The notes below the pieces were generated by a model. That model had not been told where the DNA came from. It searched no databases and was given only the letters and a program-made list of their open reading frames with translations. Shown here piece after piece: positions 63,884 through 64,000 of a DNA stretch of 64,000 nucleotides. Each line of letters starts with the position of its first letter. Positions within the stretch are counted from its first letter, which is position 1. The position numbers and the translations under genes were made by a program. The DNA is taken from positions 17,021 through 81,020 of the forward strand of contig SVIQ01000004.1 in NCBI GenBank assembly GCA_015069415.1, read 5' to 3'. The stretch is from Clostridiales bacterium. Lineage in GTDB: Bacteria > Bacillota > Clostridia > Christensenellales > UBA1242.

Positions 63884-64000
63884 ATGAAAATTTATGCAAT
63901 TAAAGACGTTAAAGCTGGATTTGGAAAACCATTTTTAGGACATGATAACGAATCAATTGTTAGAGAGTTTGCGTTGTCTTGTAATTCAAAACCAGGATTT
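63884..64000 (+). CDS. Partial ORF (3' end beyond window) resembling Microviridae VP5-type non-structural protein N-terminus
   Basis: AGGAGAAAA RBS. MKIYAIKDVKAGFGKPFLGHDNESIVREFALSCN matches the recalled pattern MKxFxIxDxKxxxxxxPFxxxxxxxAxRxFxxxxN. Confidence 0.4.
   Translation, partial: MKIYAIKDVKAGFGKPFLGHDNESIVREFALSCNSKPGF

Larger units (their letters stand above)
62508..64000. mobile_element. Left end of an integrated temperate element (putative Microviridae-like prophage). Left boundary is somewhere in 62300-62510; right end is outside the window.
   Basis: Abrupt change from core genes to a cI-like repressor, an operator-bearing divergent promoter region and six short overlapping ORFs with strong RBSs. 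No integrase at this end. Confidence 0.55.

Noticed and set aside
1-64000. CRISPR arrays, rRNA genes, IS elements or transposases, and alternative genetic code (TGA recoding).
   Set aside because: No regularly spaced direct repeats, no rRNA-like sequence and no transposase-like ORF were seen. TGA terminates conserved proteins at their expected ends (for example rimM, ytfJ, spoIIIAE), so the standard code applies.

Overview
AT-rich (roughly one-third G+C by eye), very gene-dense window, transcribed almost entirely on the + strand. It comes from a low-GC endospore-forming Firmicute and uses the standard code; TGA serves as a stop at conserved gene ends. About 75 genes are housekeeping blocks in Bacillus/Clostridium-type order. 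In order these are scpAB, ytfIJ-dacB, rluB, plsC, rimM-trmD-rbgA-rnhB-yraN, rplS and comM-dprA-topA-trmFO-hslVU. Next come tcdA, trx, nifS plus an IscU-like gene, a divergent sigma factor and ruvX. Then follow rpsB-tsf-frr-uppS-cdsA-rseP and rimP-nusA-ylxR-ylxQ-infB-rbfA-truB. The remainder is efp, the complete spoIIIAA-AH operon, asp23-nusB-xseAB, tRNA-Glu(CUC), comEC-holA, rpsT, murI, a class A PBP and miaB-mutSL-miaA-ynbB. Many promoters are near-consensus TTGACA-17-TGnTAxxxT elements, and intrinsic terminators are easy to see. Six points stand out. (1) The last ~1.5 kb is the left end of an integrated temperate element. It has a cI-like repressor with an operator-bearing divergent promoter region and no adjacent integrase. 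Its small genes include a 40-aa basic protein absent from the ORF track and a partial ORF, and both look Microviridae (gokushovirus)-like from memory. (2) The conserved polC slot holds only a 506-aa OB-fold plus DEDDh exonuclease protein. (3) Several consensus promoters sit 6-8 nt upstream of an ATG with no Shine-Dalgarno, suggesting leaderless mRNAs. (4) The IscU-like protein has lost two of its three cluster-ligand cysteines. (5) dxr, ispA, dxs, pyrH, proS and folD are missing from their usual places in otherwise conserved blocks. (6) A GC-rich hairpin sits in the rimP-nusA-infB leader. No CRISPR array, rRNA gene or transposase was seen.
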